Assembly: GCA_020029475.1 (NCBI GenBank)
Contig: JAIBJG010000005.1
Coordinates: forward strand, 13,169-77,168
Reading direction: 5' to 3'
Length of the DNA stretch: 64,000 bases
From: Methanobacteriota archaeon
GTDB lineage: Archaea > Thermoplasmatota > Thermoplasmata > RBG-16-68-12
Shown here: one piece after another, positions 49,007 to 57,769 of the stretch
How positions within the stretch are numbered: the stretch's first letter is position 1
Layout of the letters: every line of letters begins with the position of its first letter
Translations under genes and position numbers: made by a program
Notes under the pieces: generated by a model
What the model was told of the DNA's origin: nothing
The model's input: the letters and a program-made list of their open reading frames with translations, nothing else
Database searches by the model: none

Positions 49007-51192
49007 CGGTGGTGGAGGACGGAGTAGTAACGGTCCTGCTTGAACGTCTTCTCGAGGCCGCCGACGATCGGGAGCTGGGTCCCGCACTTCTTGCACTTGT
49101 TGTGCTTGTCGAGGTACCAGCCCGTGATGTCGAACTGGTACCGCCGGATCGCGATCGCGCCGCACCCCGGGCAGTACGTGTGCTCGAGCTTGTGCCCGCC
49201 GACGTTCCCGATGTACACGTACTTCAGGCCCGCCGCCGTCGCGACGTCGCAGTGCTTCTCGAGGGTCTCCACGGGGGTCCACGGGAACTCGTTCATCTTG
49301 TAATCCGGGTGGAACCGGAGGAAGTGGATCGGGGTGTCGGGGCCGAGCTCGTCGTACACGAACTTCGAGAGCTTCTTCGCCGCCTCGAGGTCGTCCCCGA
49401 CTTGGGGCACGATGAGGTCCGTGATCTCGATGTGGGTCGCCTTCGTGTCCCGGATCCTCTGGATCGTGTCGAAGATCGGGTCCGCGTTCGGGATCCCGAT
49501 GTACCGCTGGACGAACTTTGTCTCCCCGGACCCCTTGAAGTCCACCGTGATGCAGTCCAGGAACTTCGGCATCTCCGCGACCGCCTCCGGGGTGTCGTAG
49601 CCGTTCGAGACAAAGATGTTCATGAGCCCCGCCTTCCGGGCCGCCATCCCGATGTCCCGGGCGAACTCCATGAAGATCGTGGGCTGGTTGTACGTGTACG
49701 CGAGGCCCTGGCACCCCTGCTCCAGGGTCATGTTGACGACGTCCTGGGGCTCGACCTCGATCCCTTCTACCTTCCGTCTCTGACTAATGTCGAAGTTCTG
49801 GCAGTACCTGCAGTTGTGGACGACGACTCCGCTCGCGACGTAGTTGTGGTTAGGGAGGCACTCGAAGCTGAAGACCGCCTCGAGCCGGTCTGTGCGCGAG
49901 GCTGAATGAATGGGCAGCCACATTTTCTTGTTCTTACGAAGGACCGGGGCAATCGCCTCGTCGATGAGGTCCCTAACCGCAGCTTCGTGACGGAAGAGAT
50001 CTCGGCTCCAAATTCGGACGACCCGCCACCCATTCGCCTCGAGCGTGGCATCGCGGACGCGATCCGACTCCCGTACTTTTTCGGACTTGACGTGCCAGAA
50101 ACCATCGATCTCTAGGTCGACCTTCATTTCCGGCAGGGCTGCGTCCGCAACATAGTACTTCCGAGAATTTGCAAGTCGATGGTCAAGCTCGATACGGTAC
50201 TCTTTCTCATACGAAATTCCCATGGAGTCCAGGACGCTGTAGAGCCGCTCCTCTCCACCTGATGGATGGCGGTGACGCCACAGTTCTAGCCGTTCGAGAT
50301 TCCGATGCCATCCGTGGGTGGGGTCCGCTAGATACCGTGCACGGCTCGTCGCAAGGGCGCGTCTCGCGATCTCTGGGTTCTTCATTGGATTTCGCGATTG
50401 CATTCGCTCGGACCGAGCGAGTCTTTCCGCCTCGGAATACTCCGCGTCCTTCGTGTAACAGAGTCCACGATGGCGGTTCCACGCTGCGAGCCCAGTAACC
50501 GTTTCTCCGCAGACGCCGCAAGTGAAGTCCGCCGAGGCGATGGTCTCTGCCCGACCGGAACGCCAGGAAGAGGTGTTTTGGTACCAGACTTTGAGGATCT
50601 CATCACCCGCGGCAAGATTCTGAACGAGCGTCCAACCGCGCCGTGTGAGGACGGGGTGTTCCGCAGTTGCCTCAAGAATCCCCCCGCCGCGGGTCCCAGT
50701 TCTGACCCTCCAGATCCAGTCCAACCGCCGCCCCACATGGGTCACCACATTCGGCAGGATCTGGAAGCCTGCATCCACGTTGTACGACCACACGCGGTCT
50801 CCAGGGCCGACCGTCTCTACAGGCTTGGTCGTCCCGTCCGCCAGCAGAATCGGCGTCCCAGCGGGATGGCAAAGCCAGTTACACCCGGTCGTCGCCACGC
50901 TGAAGATTTTCGAGCCAGGTCGATAATGCATCACCGGTTTCTTCTCGATCGGGTCGACGTGACCCGTGATTACGCGCCCGTAAACGTAGAGCCAGAGCTT
51001 CCCGTCGTGGACGCCCCGTACACCGCAGAGGCCGACCTGGCCTTCTCCGATCTTGCAGTATCGCGCGCACGCCGTGCACACAATCTTGTTCGTGCCCTCG
51101 ACGGGTTTCCACAGCTCTCCGACCTTACCCGTCGCATGGCCCGGGGGCTCTCGGACGTCCACGGGCTCGATCAAGTCCGCCTTCGTGACCAT
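49003..51192 (-). CDS. AmmeMemoRadiSam-system-type radical SAM enzyme (AmrS/PflA-like) interrupted by an intein
   Basis: Exteins: N-terminal Cys cluster KIVCTACARYCKIGEGQVGLCGVR; radical-SAM motif split as ...TTGCNWL|[intein]|CRYCQNFDIS; C-terminal zinc ribbon HTYCPGCGAIA...HNKCKKCGTQL. The exteins total ~376 aa, the normal length for this family. Confidence 0.85.
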   Translation of the reverse strand: MVTKADLIEPVDVREPPGHATGKVGELWKPVEGTNKIVCTACARYCKIGEGQVGLCGVRGVHDGKLWLYVYGRVITGHVDPIEKKPVMHYRPGSKIFSVATTGCNWLCHPAGTPILLADGTTKPVETVGPGDRVWSYNVDAGFQILPNVVTHVGRRLDWIWRVRTGTRGGGILEATAEHPVLTRRGWTLVQNLAAGDEILKVWYQNTSSWRSGRAETIASADFTCGVCGETVTGLAAWNRHRGLCYTKDAEYSEAERLARSERMQSRNPMKNPEIARRALATSRARYLADPTHGWHRNLERLELWRHRHPSGGEERLYSVLDSMGISYEKEYRIELDHRLANSRKYYVADAALPEMKVDLEIDGFWHVKSEKVRESDRVRDATLEANGWRVVRIWSRDLFRHEAAVRDLIDEAIAPVLRKNKKMWLPIHSASRTDRLEAVFSFECLPNHNYVASGVVVHNCRYCQNFDISQRRKVEGIEVEPQDVVNMTLEQGCQGLAYTYNQPTIFMEFARDIGMAARKAGLMNIFVSNGYDTPEAVAEMPKFLDCITVDFKGSGETKFVQRYIGIPNADPIFDTIQRIRDTKATHIEITDLIVPQVGDDLEAAKKLSKFVYDELGPDTPIHFLRFHPDYKMNEFPWTPVETLEKHCDVATAAGLKYVYIGNVGGHKLEHTYCPGCGAIAIRRYQFDITGWYLDKHNKCKKCGTQLPIVGGLEKTFKQDRYYSVLHHR
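49813..50871 (-). mobile_element. intein (353 aa): Hint domain plus zinc-finger plus Vsr/DUF559-like PD-(D/E)xK endonuclease module
   Basis: Block A CHPAGTPILLADGTTKPVETVGPGDRV; block B TAEHPVLT; blocks F/G FSFECLPNHNYVASGVVVHN followed by +1 Cys. Insert contains CGVCGETVTGLAAWNRHRGLC and ...SRNPMKNPE...KVDLEIDGFWHVKSEKVRESDRVRDATLEANGWRVVRIWSRDLF (Vsr-like FWHxH / RD...GW..VR.W). Confidence 0.8.
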
Positions 51193-51242
51193 CGGCTAAG
51201 GACTAAACCGTCGCGCGTCTTAAACACCTTTCGGGCCCAATT

Positions 51243-52232
51243 CTACAAATGAGATGAGCGGAAGTGTTCCCACCCGCGATTCTCCAGGGGGACGGTGCCG
51301 CCCTTCTTCGAGTAGAGACGATTCCCGCCCTTCGCTTCGACCTTGCCGATCACCGTGAGCTTGTGCCGCTCTTCGAGCCCCTTCGTCTGCCGGTACTTCT
51401 CAAGGAGCGCGGTGAGGCGGTCCGGGTTCACCGTCGCGAGGAGCTCGAAATCACCGCCATAGTAGAGGGCGAGATCCTCAATCGTCTTCCGGTCCGCGTC
51501 CTTCAGTCCCCGGTAGAGTGGGATCGCGTCGTAGTCGATGACGAACGACACCTTGCTCGCTTGGGACACTTGGTGGACCGTCGTCCCCAGGCCGTCCGAA
51601 ATGTCCATGCAGCTCGTCACGGCCCCGCTCTCCGAGAAGAAGATCCCCTCCTCGACGCGGGGGTACGGCCGCATCAGGAGCTCGAGCGCCTCCGTCCGCC
51701 GCGATGGGTCCGACAGGGCGCGCAACGCCCAGCCGGCCCGCCCCAGGTCACCGGTCACGACGACGACGTCCCCGGGCCGCGCCCCGGACCTCAGGAGGAT
51801 TCGCGATTTCGGCACCCGCCCCAACGCGGTCCCGGCGAGGCTCATCTCGCTGGACTCCTTCGTGTCCCCTCCTACGACCGCGATTCCGAACTGGCGGGCG
51901 CACTCGTCCATCCCCCTCGCGATCCCCTTCAGGACCTCGAGCTCCGTGTCCCTCGGTAACGCAAGGGCGGCGACGAACCCGAGGGGCCGCGCGCCGGACG
52001 CCGCAATGTCGCTCAAGTTCACCGCGACGAGGTACCACCCGATTTGTGCGGGAGTCGCTCCCGCCGGGACGTGGATGCGTTGGTTCACGACGTCAGTCGT
52101 TACCGCAAGGTAGTCCTCGCCCCAGTCCACGACCCCGACGTCGTGCCCGAGGCCGATCGGGAGGCCGCGGTCCAGGATCCGCTTCAGCTGCTCGACGGCC
52201 TCCCGCTCCCCGATGTCCTTCAACGCGGGCAC
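51243..52232 (-). CDS. thiL: thiamine-monophosphate kinase (ThiL; PurM/AIR-synthase-related fold)
   Basis: 329 aa; GHDVGVVDWGEDYLAVTTD, AVNLSDIAASGARP, VVGGDTKE, DISDGLG are typical ThiL/PurM-family landmarks. Confidence 0.8.
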   Translation of the reverse strand: MPALKDIGEREAVEQLKRILDRGLPIGLGHDVGVVDWGEDYLAVTTDVVNQRIHVPAGATPAQIGWYLVAVNLSDIAASGARPLGFVAALALPRDTELEVLKGIARGMDECARQFGIAVVGGDTKESSEMSLAGTALGRVPKSRILLRSGARPGDVVVVTGDLGRAGWALRALSDPSRRTEALELLMRPYPRVEEGIFFSESGAVTSCMDISDGLGTTVHQVSQASKVSFVIDYDAIPLYRGLKDADRKTIEDLALYYGGDFELLATVNPDRLTALLEKYRQTKGLEERHKLTVIGKVEAKGGNRLYSKKGGTVPLENRGWEHFRSSHL

Positions 52233-52298
52233 GCGGCGGGGATGCGAGGGCGCGGTCTTAACCGTTGCCCGGACCCCGGTTCGCGGGAGAAAACGGAG

Positions 52299-52372
52299 TG
52301 CGGCGACCGGGATTTGAACCCGGGCAGATGGCTTGGCAAGCCATCATACTAACCAGGCTATATTATCGCCGC
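52299..52372 (-). tRNA. tRNA-Gly (anticodon GCC)
   Basis: Minus-strand read GCGGCGATAATATAGCCTGGTTAGTATGATGGCTTGCCAAGCCATCTGCCCGGGTTCAAATCCCGGTCGCCGCA. Acceptor GCGGCGA/TCGCCGC, anticodon stem ATGGC/GCCAT with loop TTGCCAA, T-arm CCGGG-TTCAAAT-CCCGG, discriminator A. Confidence 0.8.
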
Positions 52373-52419
52373 GCGGACGCCCCGAGAGCCCCGACCGGTA
52401 TAAAGGATGTGCCCGCGGG

Positions 52420-53214
52420 CTACGGGGCGATGAGGTTTCCGGGGCTCACGAGGTACGCAATGCCGAACCCAGCGAACGCGGACCCGATACCGATCAGGAG
52501 CATCTGCAGTCCGCTCCTCGTGGGCCGGCCGATCGTGATTCGCGACTTGTACCAGCCGATGAGGAACAGGGTCAACGCGCTGAAGATGAGGGACGCGATG
52601 ATCCCAATCCAGAGGTTCCGCAAAACGTCCCCGCCGATGACCGAGGGACGGACGATGAGGAAGGGCACGAGAGGGATGAACGAGCCGACGATCGCGGCGA
52701 ACCCGACGAGGACCGCGCTCTTCCGGGCTTGTTTTGGGTCCACGGGGGCAAGGTTCAGCTCGTGGGCCATCATGATCTCGAGCCAAGCCTTCGGCTTCGA
52801 GGTGATCTTGTCCACAATCTCCTCGAGCTCCTCCCCCTGGAAGTCCCAGCGCTCGAGGATCTCCCGGACCTCCTGCCGCTCGAGGTCCGGCATCTGCTCC
52901 ATCTCCTGCTTCTCCCGCTCCACTTCCGCGGCGTAATGGTCCCGGCGGGCGATCGTGGACGTGTACGCGACGGCGCCCATCGAGATCGACTCCGCGAACG
53001 TCGCCGCGAGACCGCCCGCGATGATGATCGCGAACGGGTCCGCGATGCCCACGAGGCTCCGAGAAGCGACGGCGACCCCGAGGATCACGCCGAGCACGTT
53101 CACGAGCCCATCCTGGCTCCCGAGGATGAAGTCGGAGAGGAGCCGCGGCTGCGCGTGCTTCTCCGCGACCGCGTCCTCGTTCACCCTGCGCCAGAACGCG
53201 AAGCGTGTCGCCAT
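52420..53214 (-). CDS. VIT1/CCC1-family iron/manganese transporter
   Basis: Start at MATRFAFWRR. Two TM bundles flank the acidic cytoplasmic loop HYAAEVEREKQEMEQMPDLERQEVREILERWDFQGEELEEI, the characteristic VIT-family metal-binding domain. Confidence 0.8.
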   Translation of the reverse strand: MATRFAFWRRVNEDAVAEKHAQPRLLSDFILGSQDGLVNVLGVILGVAVASRSLVGIADPFAIIIAGGLAATFAESISMGAVAYTSTIARRDHYAAEVEREKQEMEQMPDLERQEVREILERWDFQGEELEEIVDKITSKPKAWLEIMMAHELNLAPVDPKQARKSAVLVGFAAIVGSFIPLVPFLIVRPSVIGGDVLRNLWIGIIASLIFSALTLFLIGWYKSRITIGRPTRSGLQMLLIGIGSAFAGFGIAYLVSPGNLIAP

Positions 53215-53341
53215 GGGTCGTCCCCGGGAAGTCCCGGGAGAAGGCCCCTGAGATAAGACGCTTTTCATCCTCACCCGGTCGCAGGGGTCCTCCCGCCTTC
53301 CCGCAGAAGGTTTTTGTGCGACCCGGCGATGCGCGGCGCGC

Positions 53342-54592
53342 ATGGCCGTACCCGCCGCCCTGCCGTGGACCGCGGCCCTCGCAGACGCGGTCCGATCGAA
53401 GGACCCGGACGCGGCCCTCCGCGCGGGACTCGCCGCGGTGGACGCGAAGGCCCCGGCCGTGGAGATCGCGCGCGCCGCCGCCGTCGCGTACGCGGAGACC
53501 GTGGACATCTCCGGGGGCGCGCAGTACCGGGGCCTCGTCGGCCTCTCCTCCGGGGTCCGGCTCTCCCGCCATCTCGCCCCCCGCCTTCAGGCGCTGCCGG
53601 TCCTCCGGGGGATCAGTCTCGCGGCCACGGACCCGAAGCTCCCGCCCTCCGAGCGCCGGAGGCGCGTGAGGGTCACCGGGGAGATCAGCCACCTCACGCG
53701 GTCCTTCGAGTACGCCGTGCGCGCAGGGGCGTTCGCGGACGCGATCTCGATCTTCTCCGGGCTCCTCACGGAAGGGAAGGAGCGGGTGATGGCGGGGGAC
53801 ATCCTGTTCCGCGTCGCCGCGGAGGACATGGTGGACGGCGGGCAGAAGCTCGTGTACGCGGTGAAGGCGTGGCAGCTCGCCTCCGCCCTCGGGTGGCGGT
53901 CCGGGGACCTCGTGATGGCCCCCGCGGTCGCGCGGGTCGCGACGGGGATCCAGGACCCGGCCGCGTACAAGACCCTGATGGCGGTGTGGGGGCGGGAGAA
54001 GGTGGACATCGCGGCGATCGGCGGGAACGCGGGCGGGGCGGAGGGGGCGGACCGGGACGCGATCCTCACCGCGCTGCGGTCCCCGACCGTCGAGGAGTGC
54101 GCGAAGGGCGTGATCCTCGCGCTGAAGCGGGGGGTCGCCCTCGACGCCCTCGCGCACGTCGTCGTGCGGGAGGCCGCCCTGAGGGTCGCGGCGGCGGGGG
54201 AATACGACCTCCCCGCGATCGGGGGGCTCGTGTTCGCGGACGCGGCGCGCTGGGTCCTGAGGTTCTCGAAGACGGAGACCCGCGTGCTCCCGGTCCTCCA
54301 GGCCTGCTTGGTCCTCCGGGGCCAGGCCCCGAGGCCGACGGAGGTGCGGGCCCCCCCGATGGGCGCGCGGGACATCGAGACCCTCGTGTACCAGGTGTGC
54401 CGGGACGGCCCCGGGGGGAACCTCGGTCACAACATGGTCCTCGCGGACGCGGCGGTGGACGAAGCGACCGGGTATCCTTCGGCGGTGAAGGAGGGCCTCG
54501 GGGCGCTCGCCCGGGCGGTCGCGCAGAGCCCGCACGACGAGAGGCCCTGGGCCGCACTCGAGGCGCGGTTCCCGCAGCCTACCTCTTCTTGA
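53342..54592 (+). CDS. hypothetical Ala/Leu-rich protein (416 aa)
   Basis: Only this frame gives a protein-like composition here; the other open frames are R/G/S-rich low-complexity. No family recognised. The 3' end overlaps convergent rfcS by 14 nt. Confidence 0.45.
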   Translation: MAVPAALPWTAALADAVRSKDPDAALRAGLAAVDAKAPAVEIARAAAVAYAETVDISGGAQYRGLVGLSSGVRLSRHLAPRLQALPVLRGISLAATDPKLPPSERRRRVRVTGEISHLTRSFEYAVRAGAFADAISIFSGLLTEGKERVMAGDILFRVAAEDMVDGGQKLVYAVKAWQLASALGWRSGDLVMAPAVARVATGIQDPAAYKTLMAVWGREKVDIAAIGGNAGGAEGADRDAILTALRSPTVEECAKGVILALKRGVALDALAHVVVREAALRVAAAGEYDLPAIGGLVFADAARWVLRFSKTETRVLPVLQACLVLRGQAPRPTEVRAPPMGARDIETLVYQVCRDGPGGNLGHNMVLADAAVDEATGYPSAVKEGLGALARAVAQSPHDERPWAALEARFPQPTSS

Positions 54593-55544
54593 GCTCCTGG
54601 CCCACGACGACGAAGTGCGCGAGGAGGGCCTCGAGCTGGATCCGCTCGTTGCTCCCCTCGACGAGCCGGAACTCCGCCTCCCCGACCCGGTCGATGAGGC
54701 GGACCTTGAATGCGTCCGGGACGCTGAGGTCGAAGACCGTCCGGTGGATTGCGCGGACGACGTCCTCCCCCGACAGCCCGTACTCGATCAGCAGGGTGTC
54801 GAGGGCGTCCCGGGCCTTCAGGAAGTCCCCGCCGAGGGAGACCTCGAGGAGGTTCTTCACGAGCTCCGGTCGGGCGGTGCTCGCGGCCTTGTACAGGGCG
54901 TCCTCGTCCACGGTCTGCGAGACCGCGGCCGCGACCTGGAGCGCGTTCACCGCCTTCCGGAGGTCCCCCTGGGCGATGTAGATCAGGGCGTCCATCCCCT
55001 CCTTCGTGACCTTCAGCGTCTCCGCTTTCGCGATACGGTCGAGGTACGTCCGGATCGCGTCCGGTTTCAGGGGCCGGAACCGGAACACCGCGGTCCGGGA
55101 CTGGATCGGCTCGATGATCCTCGAGGAGTAGTTCGCGCTCAGGATGAACCGCGCGGTCCGCGTGTAGTTCTCCATCGTCCGGCGCAGCGCGGCCTGGGCG
55201 TCCGCGGTGAGGTTGTCCGCCTCGTCCAAGAAGATGATCTTGAACCCCCGCTCCCCGATCGGCGCGGTGCGGGCGATGTCCTTGATCTTGACGCGGACGG
55301 TCTCGATCCCCCGCTCGTCGCTGCTGTTCAGCTCCGCGAAGTTCGTCCGCCATTCCTCCCCGAAGAGCTCCCGCGCGAGGGCGATCGCGCTCGTCGTCTT
55401 CCCCGTGCCCGCGGGCCCCGCAAACAGGAGGTGCGGGAGGTTCCCCGCCTTCACATACGCCTTGAGGCGGGCGACGATGTCGTCCTGGCCGACAATATCG
55501 TCCAAGGCTGTGGGGCGGTACTTCTCTACCCAGACTTCCTTCAT
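54579..55544 (-). CDS. rfcS: replication factor C small subunit
   Basis: 321 aa. WVEKYRP, Walker A GPAGTGKTT, DEAD-like IIFLDEADNL, SRC motif SANYSSRIIEPIQSR. Confidence 0.9.
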   Translation of the reverse strand: MKEVWVEKYRPTALDDIVGQDDIVARLKAYVKAGNLPHLLFAGPAGTGKTTSAIALARELFGEEWRTNFAELNSSDERGIETVRVKIKDIARTAPIGERGFKIIFLDEADNLTADAQAALRRTMENYTRTARFILSANYSSRIIEPIQSRTAVFRFRPLKPDAIRTYLDRIAKAETLKVTKEGMDALIYIAQGDLRKAVNALQVAAAVSQTVDEDALYKAASTARPELVKNLLEVSLGGDFLKARDALDTLLIEYGLSGEDVVRAIHRTVFDLSVPDAFKVRLIDRVGEAEFRLVEGSNERIQLEALLAHFVVVGQELKKR

Positions 55545-55570
55545 GTCTCCCCCGGGAATCCCTTCGAAAA

Positions 55571-55586
55571 CCGGCGGACTCTATAA
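55571..55586 (-). promoter_or_regulatory. candidate BRE/TATA (minus strand aaaggcTATTATAgag) ~30 nt upstream of the rfcS ATG
   Basis: Spacing is compatible with a near-leaderless archaeal promoter. Confidence 0.35.
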
Positions 55587-56043
55587 TAGCCTTTGTAGGG
55601 GGTGCTGGCCCTCACCTCGAATACTTTCACCCACCTCCCCTCGCCACCCGTTCATAAGGAGGGCGCGGCGTGTCCGACGCGAGAACCCGAGACCTCCGGC
55701 GGGAGACCGTTTTCGAGTGGCCCGCCCGGCATGACGCGCACCGCGCAGAACACGGACGGGCCCGGGGTGCGACGATGGGGTCGCATCTCGGAGAGAGGCG
55801 GACGAAGGTTCAAACCCGGCCTCCGATAGGAGGCGTACGGTTCCACCCCGGTGCCCTCCGCAATGATGTCGTGAGTCCCCACTACCGCCTCCCCCGGAAG
55901 GGGGAGGCGCACGGGAGGAGCGGACGCGGAGCGGAGTCCGTTGCGGGCATCATCACCCGCGATTGGGACAGAACTGTAGGGGGGGTTCGACGACGACGGA
56001 GGGGGCTCCCCGCCGTGGACGTTGGCACGGGCGGGAGGTCGCC

Positions 56044-56451
56044 CTATGGCGGAGGCCAGACACGTTCGAGTCCGGGGACCCGGTCGAAGACCCGGTCCTC
56101 GGAGAGAATCTCGCTCTCCCCCGCCTCCAACGCGGCCCCGGCGTGGATCGCATCGCGAGGGCGCATCGGCAGGGTTCGGTAGAGGTCTGCCCCTCGGCGC
56201 AACACCGCCCGGTCCACCCGAAGCCATTGCAAGTTCGGGAAGACGAGCAACTCGTCTCCCTTCGCGACTGAGTCTTCGGGTCCGAGGAACCGACGCACAA
56301 CGTAGACGACTTCGTCCCACGTCAGGGTGGACGTGGACACCCTGCCCCCGCCTCGCGCAAGGGATTCGAGGAATCGTCGAGCCGCCCCGACGTGAGGCAG
56401 GCGAGCTTCGTGCAGCAGCGGCAGGAGGAAGAGACCCGCGTCGGCGTACAT
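56044..56451 (-). CDS. vapC: PIN-domain ribonuclease toxin VapC
   Basis: Start at MYADAGLFLLPLL. PIN acidic residues include D in MYAD and ...RDAIHAGAALEAGESEILSEDRVFDRVPGL (C-terminal D/E). ATG overlaps the vapB stop (TAATG). Confidence 0.7.
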   Translation of the reverse strand: MYADAGLFLLPLLHEARLPHVGAARRFLESLARGGGRVSTSTLTWDEVVYVVRRFLGPEDSVAKGDELLVFPNLQWLRVDRAVLRRGADLYRTLPMRPRDAIHAGAALEAGESEILSEDRVFDRVPGLERVWPPP

Positions 56452-56693
56452 TATCGCCCCGAGGCCTTGTATTCGTCGTCCAATACGGATCTCCAATCGA
56501 GGAGCTTGCCACGCTTTCCTCCCTTCACGGACAGGAACCGCTCGACGACTTCCTCCGGCGAGGGTTCCGGCCGTACGAGCATCGTCCGTCCGGAGATCTC
56601 GAAGGTTAGTATCGATCCTTCCGTCAGGCCGAGTTTCTCCCGGATCTCCTTCGGGACCACGACCTGGCCCTTCGAACCCAATCTGCGCTTCAT
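56451..56693 (-). CDS. vapB: AbrB/SpoVT-family antitoxin VapB
   Basis: 80 aa, MKRRLGSKGQVVVPKEIREKLGLTEGSILTFEISG... is the swapped-hairpin motif. Its stop TAA overlaps the VapC ATG by 1 nt. Confidence 0.7.
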   Translation of the reverse strand: MKRRLGSKGQVVVPKEIREKLGLTEGSILTFEISGRTMLVRPEPSPEEVVERFLSVKGGKRGKLLDWRSVLDDEYKASGR

Positions 56694-56788
56694 TCCTACT
56701 TGTCAGTAGGAATTCCTACCTGATAAACCTTCCGCGGCCGAAGGTCGTCAAGAAGGGTCCGTCAGCCACATGCCCTCGTCGCGTCCGA

Positions 56789-57769
56789 CTAGAACTCGAT
56801 CCCGAGGGCTTCCGCGACCCGCGCCGCCCGGTTGAACACTGTCGTCTTGTCGCTCCCCGCGAACAGGAGGCCTACGGCCCTCCCTTGGTCGTCGACAAGG
56901 AGGGACCCGCTGTCCCCGCCCTGGGACATCGGGCCCGCGACGAGCTGGTCCGTGAAGGTGGCGACGTACCGATCGTAGTCCACCTCGACGGTCGCGTCCG
57001 TCGCGAGGATCTTTCCATCCGTGACGCCCGTCGTCCTCCCGCTCTTCCGGACGGGGGTCCCCACACCCGCCTCCGCGATCCCCGGGGCGCGGTCGAGCTC
57101 CAAGATGGAATCCGTGACGAGGTCGTCCCGGATGGGTCTTGCGATCGCGGCATCGACGAAGTTCCGTGGCGAAGCCGCCGCGGCCCGCAGACCGAGACGC
57201 TCGGCGAGGCGGCGGAGCCACCGCCCGAGGCTCCATCCACCCGCGATGGAATCATTGAACCGGATCTCCACGAACTGCTCGAGAGTCGCGATTGCGTCGT
57301 CCCGGGTCCCAGAGTCCGCCGGCCCAGGCTGAAGGATGGGATCGCCAATCCGGGCGGATCCCGATGCCGCGAGAACGTGATTGTTTGACAAGATGACCCT
57401 TCGGGCTCCCCGCCGGACGACGCCCCCGAGGGTCCCCGCCGTGATCCGAATGTGACCGACGCTGACTCCGCCAGGGGCGGGCCGCCATCGATCCGTTCGC
57501 GTCCTTCGTCCCGCGATTGCGGCTTGGGCCTTCAGTCGCCCCGTCTCGATTACGTCGGTCTTCACCTCGTCGAGGGTCTTCGGGATGATGTCCTTCCTCT
57601 TCAGCTGCGGCTCCGGGACCTTCTTCTCGACGAACACGATCACGGCGGGTTCGTCCGTCTCCTCCCCCGCCACGACCTTCTTCCCGATTCCGACCCCGAT
57701 GACGTGGGCCTTCTCCATGAGGATCCGCTCGAACTTCTCCTTCGCGGCGCGGATTCGGTCCCACGTCAC
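56789..57769 (-). CDS. trypsin-like (chymotrypsin-fold, S1) serine protease, no signal peptide
   Basis: Triad candidates in canonical order: NNHVLAASG (His), DDAIATL (Asp), GDSGSLLV (Ser in GDSGS). The GTG start at 57769 overlaps the TGA of the upstream small membrane-protein gene (GTGA). Confidence 0.55.
   Translation of the reverse strand: MTWDRIRAAKEKFERILMEKAHVIGVGIGKKVVAGEETDEPAVIVFVEKKVPEPQLKRKDIIPKTLDEVKTDVIETGRLKAQAAIAGRRTRTDRWRPAPGGVSVGHIRITAGTLGGVVRRGARRVILSNNHVLAASGSARIGDPILQPGPADSGTRDDAIATLEQFVEIRFNDSIAGGWSLGRWLRRLAERLGLRAAAASPRNFVDAAIARPIRDDLVTDSILELDRAPGIAEAGVGTPVRKSGRTTGVTDGKILATDATVEVDYDRYVATFTDQLVAGPMSQGGDSGSLLVDDQGRAVGLLFAGSDKTTVFNRAARVAEALGIEF

Noticed and set aside
52265-52936. 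223-aa plus-strand ORF spanning tRNA-Gly and the VIT1 gene
   Set aside because: Covers a tRNA gene on the opposite strand and is antisense to a good transporter gene; spurious.
53314-54981. 555-aa ORF (and 52358-54535 minus, 725 aa) over the 53342-54592 region
   Set aside because: Extremely Arg/Gly-rich translations. Only the 53342 frame gives a plausible Ala/Leu-rich protein.
55878-55897. GGAA-tetraloop hairpin as SRP RNA helix 8
   Set aside because: The 8-bp perfectly paired stem lacks the conserved asymmetric A/GCA internal loops flanking the SRP helix-8 tetraloop. No Alu-domain-like 5' segment identified.
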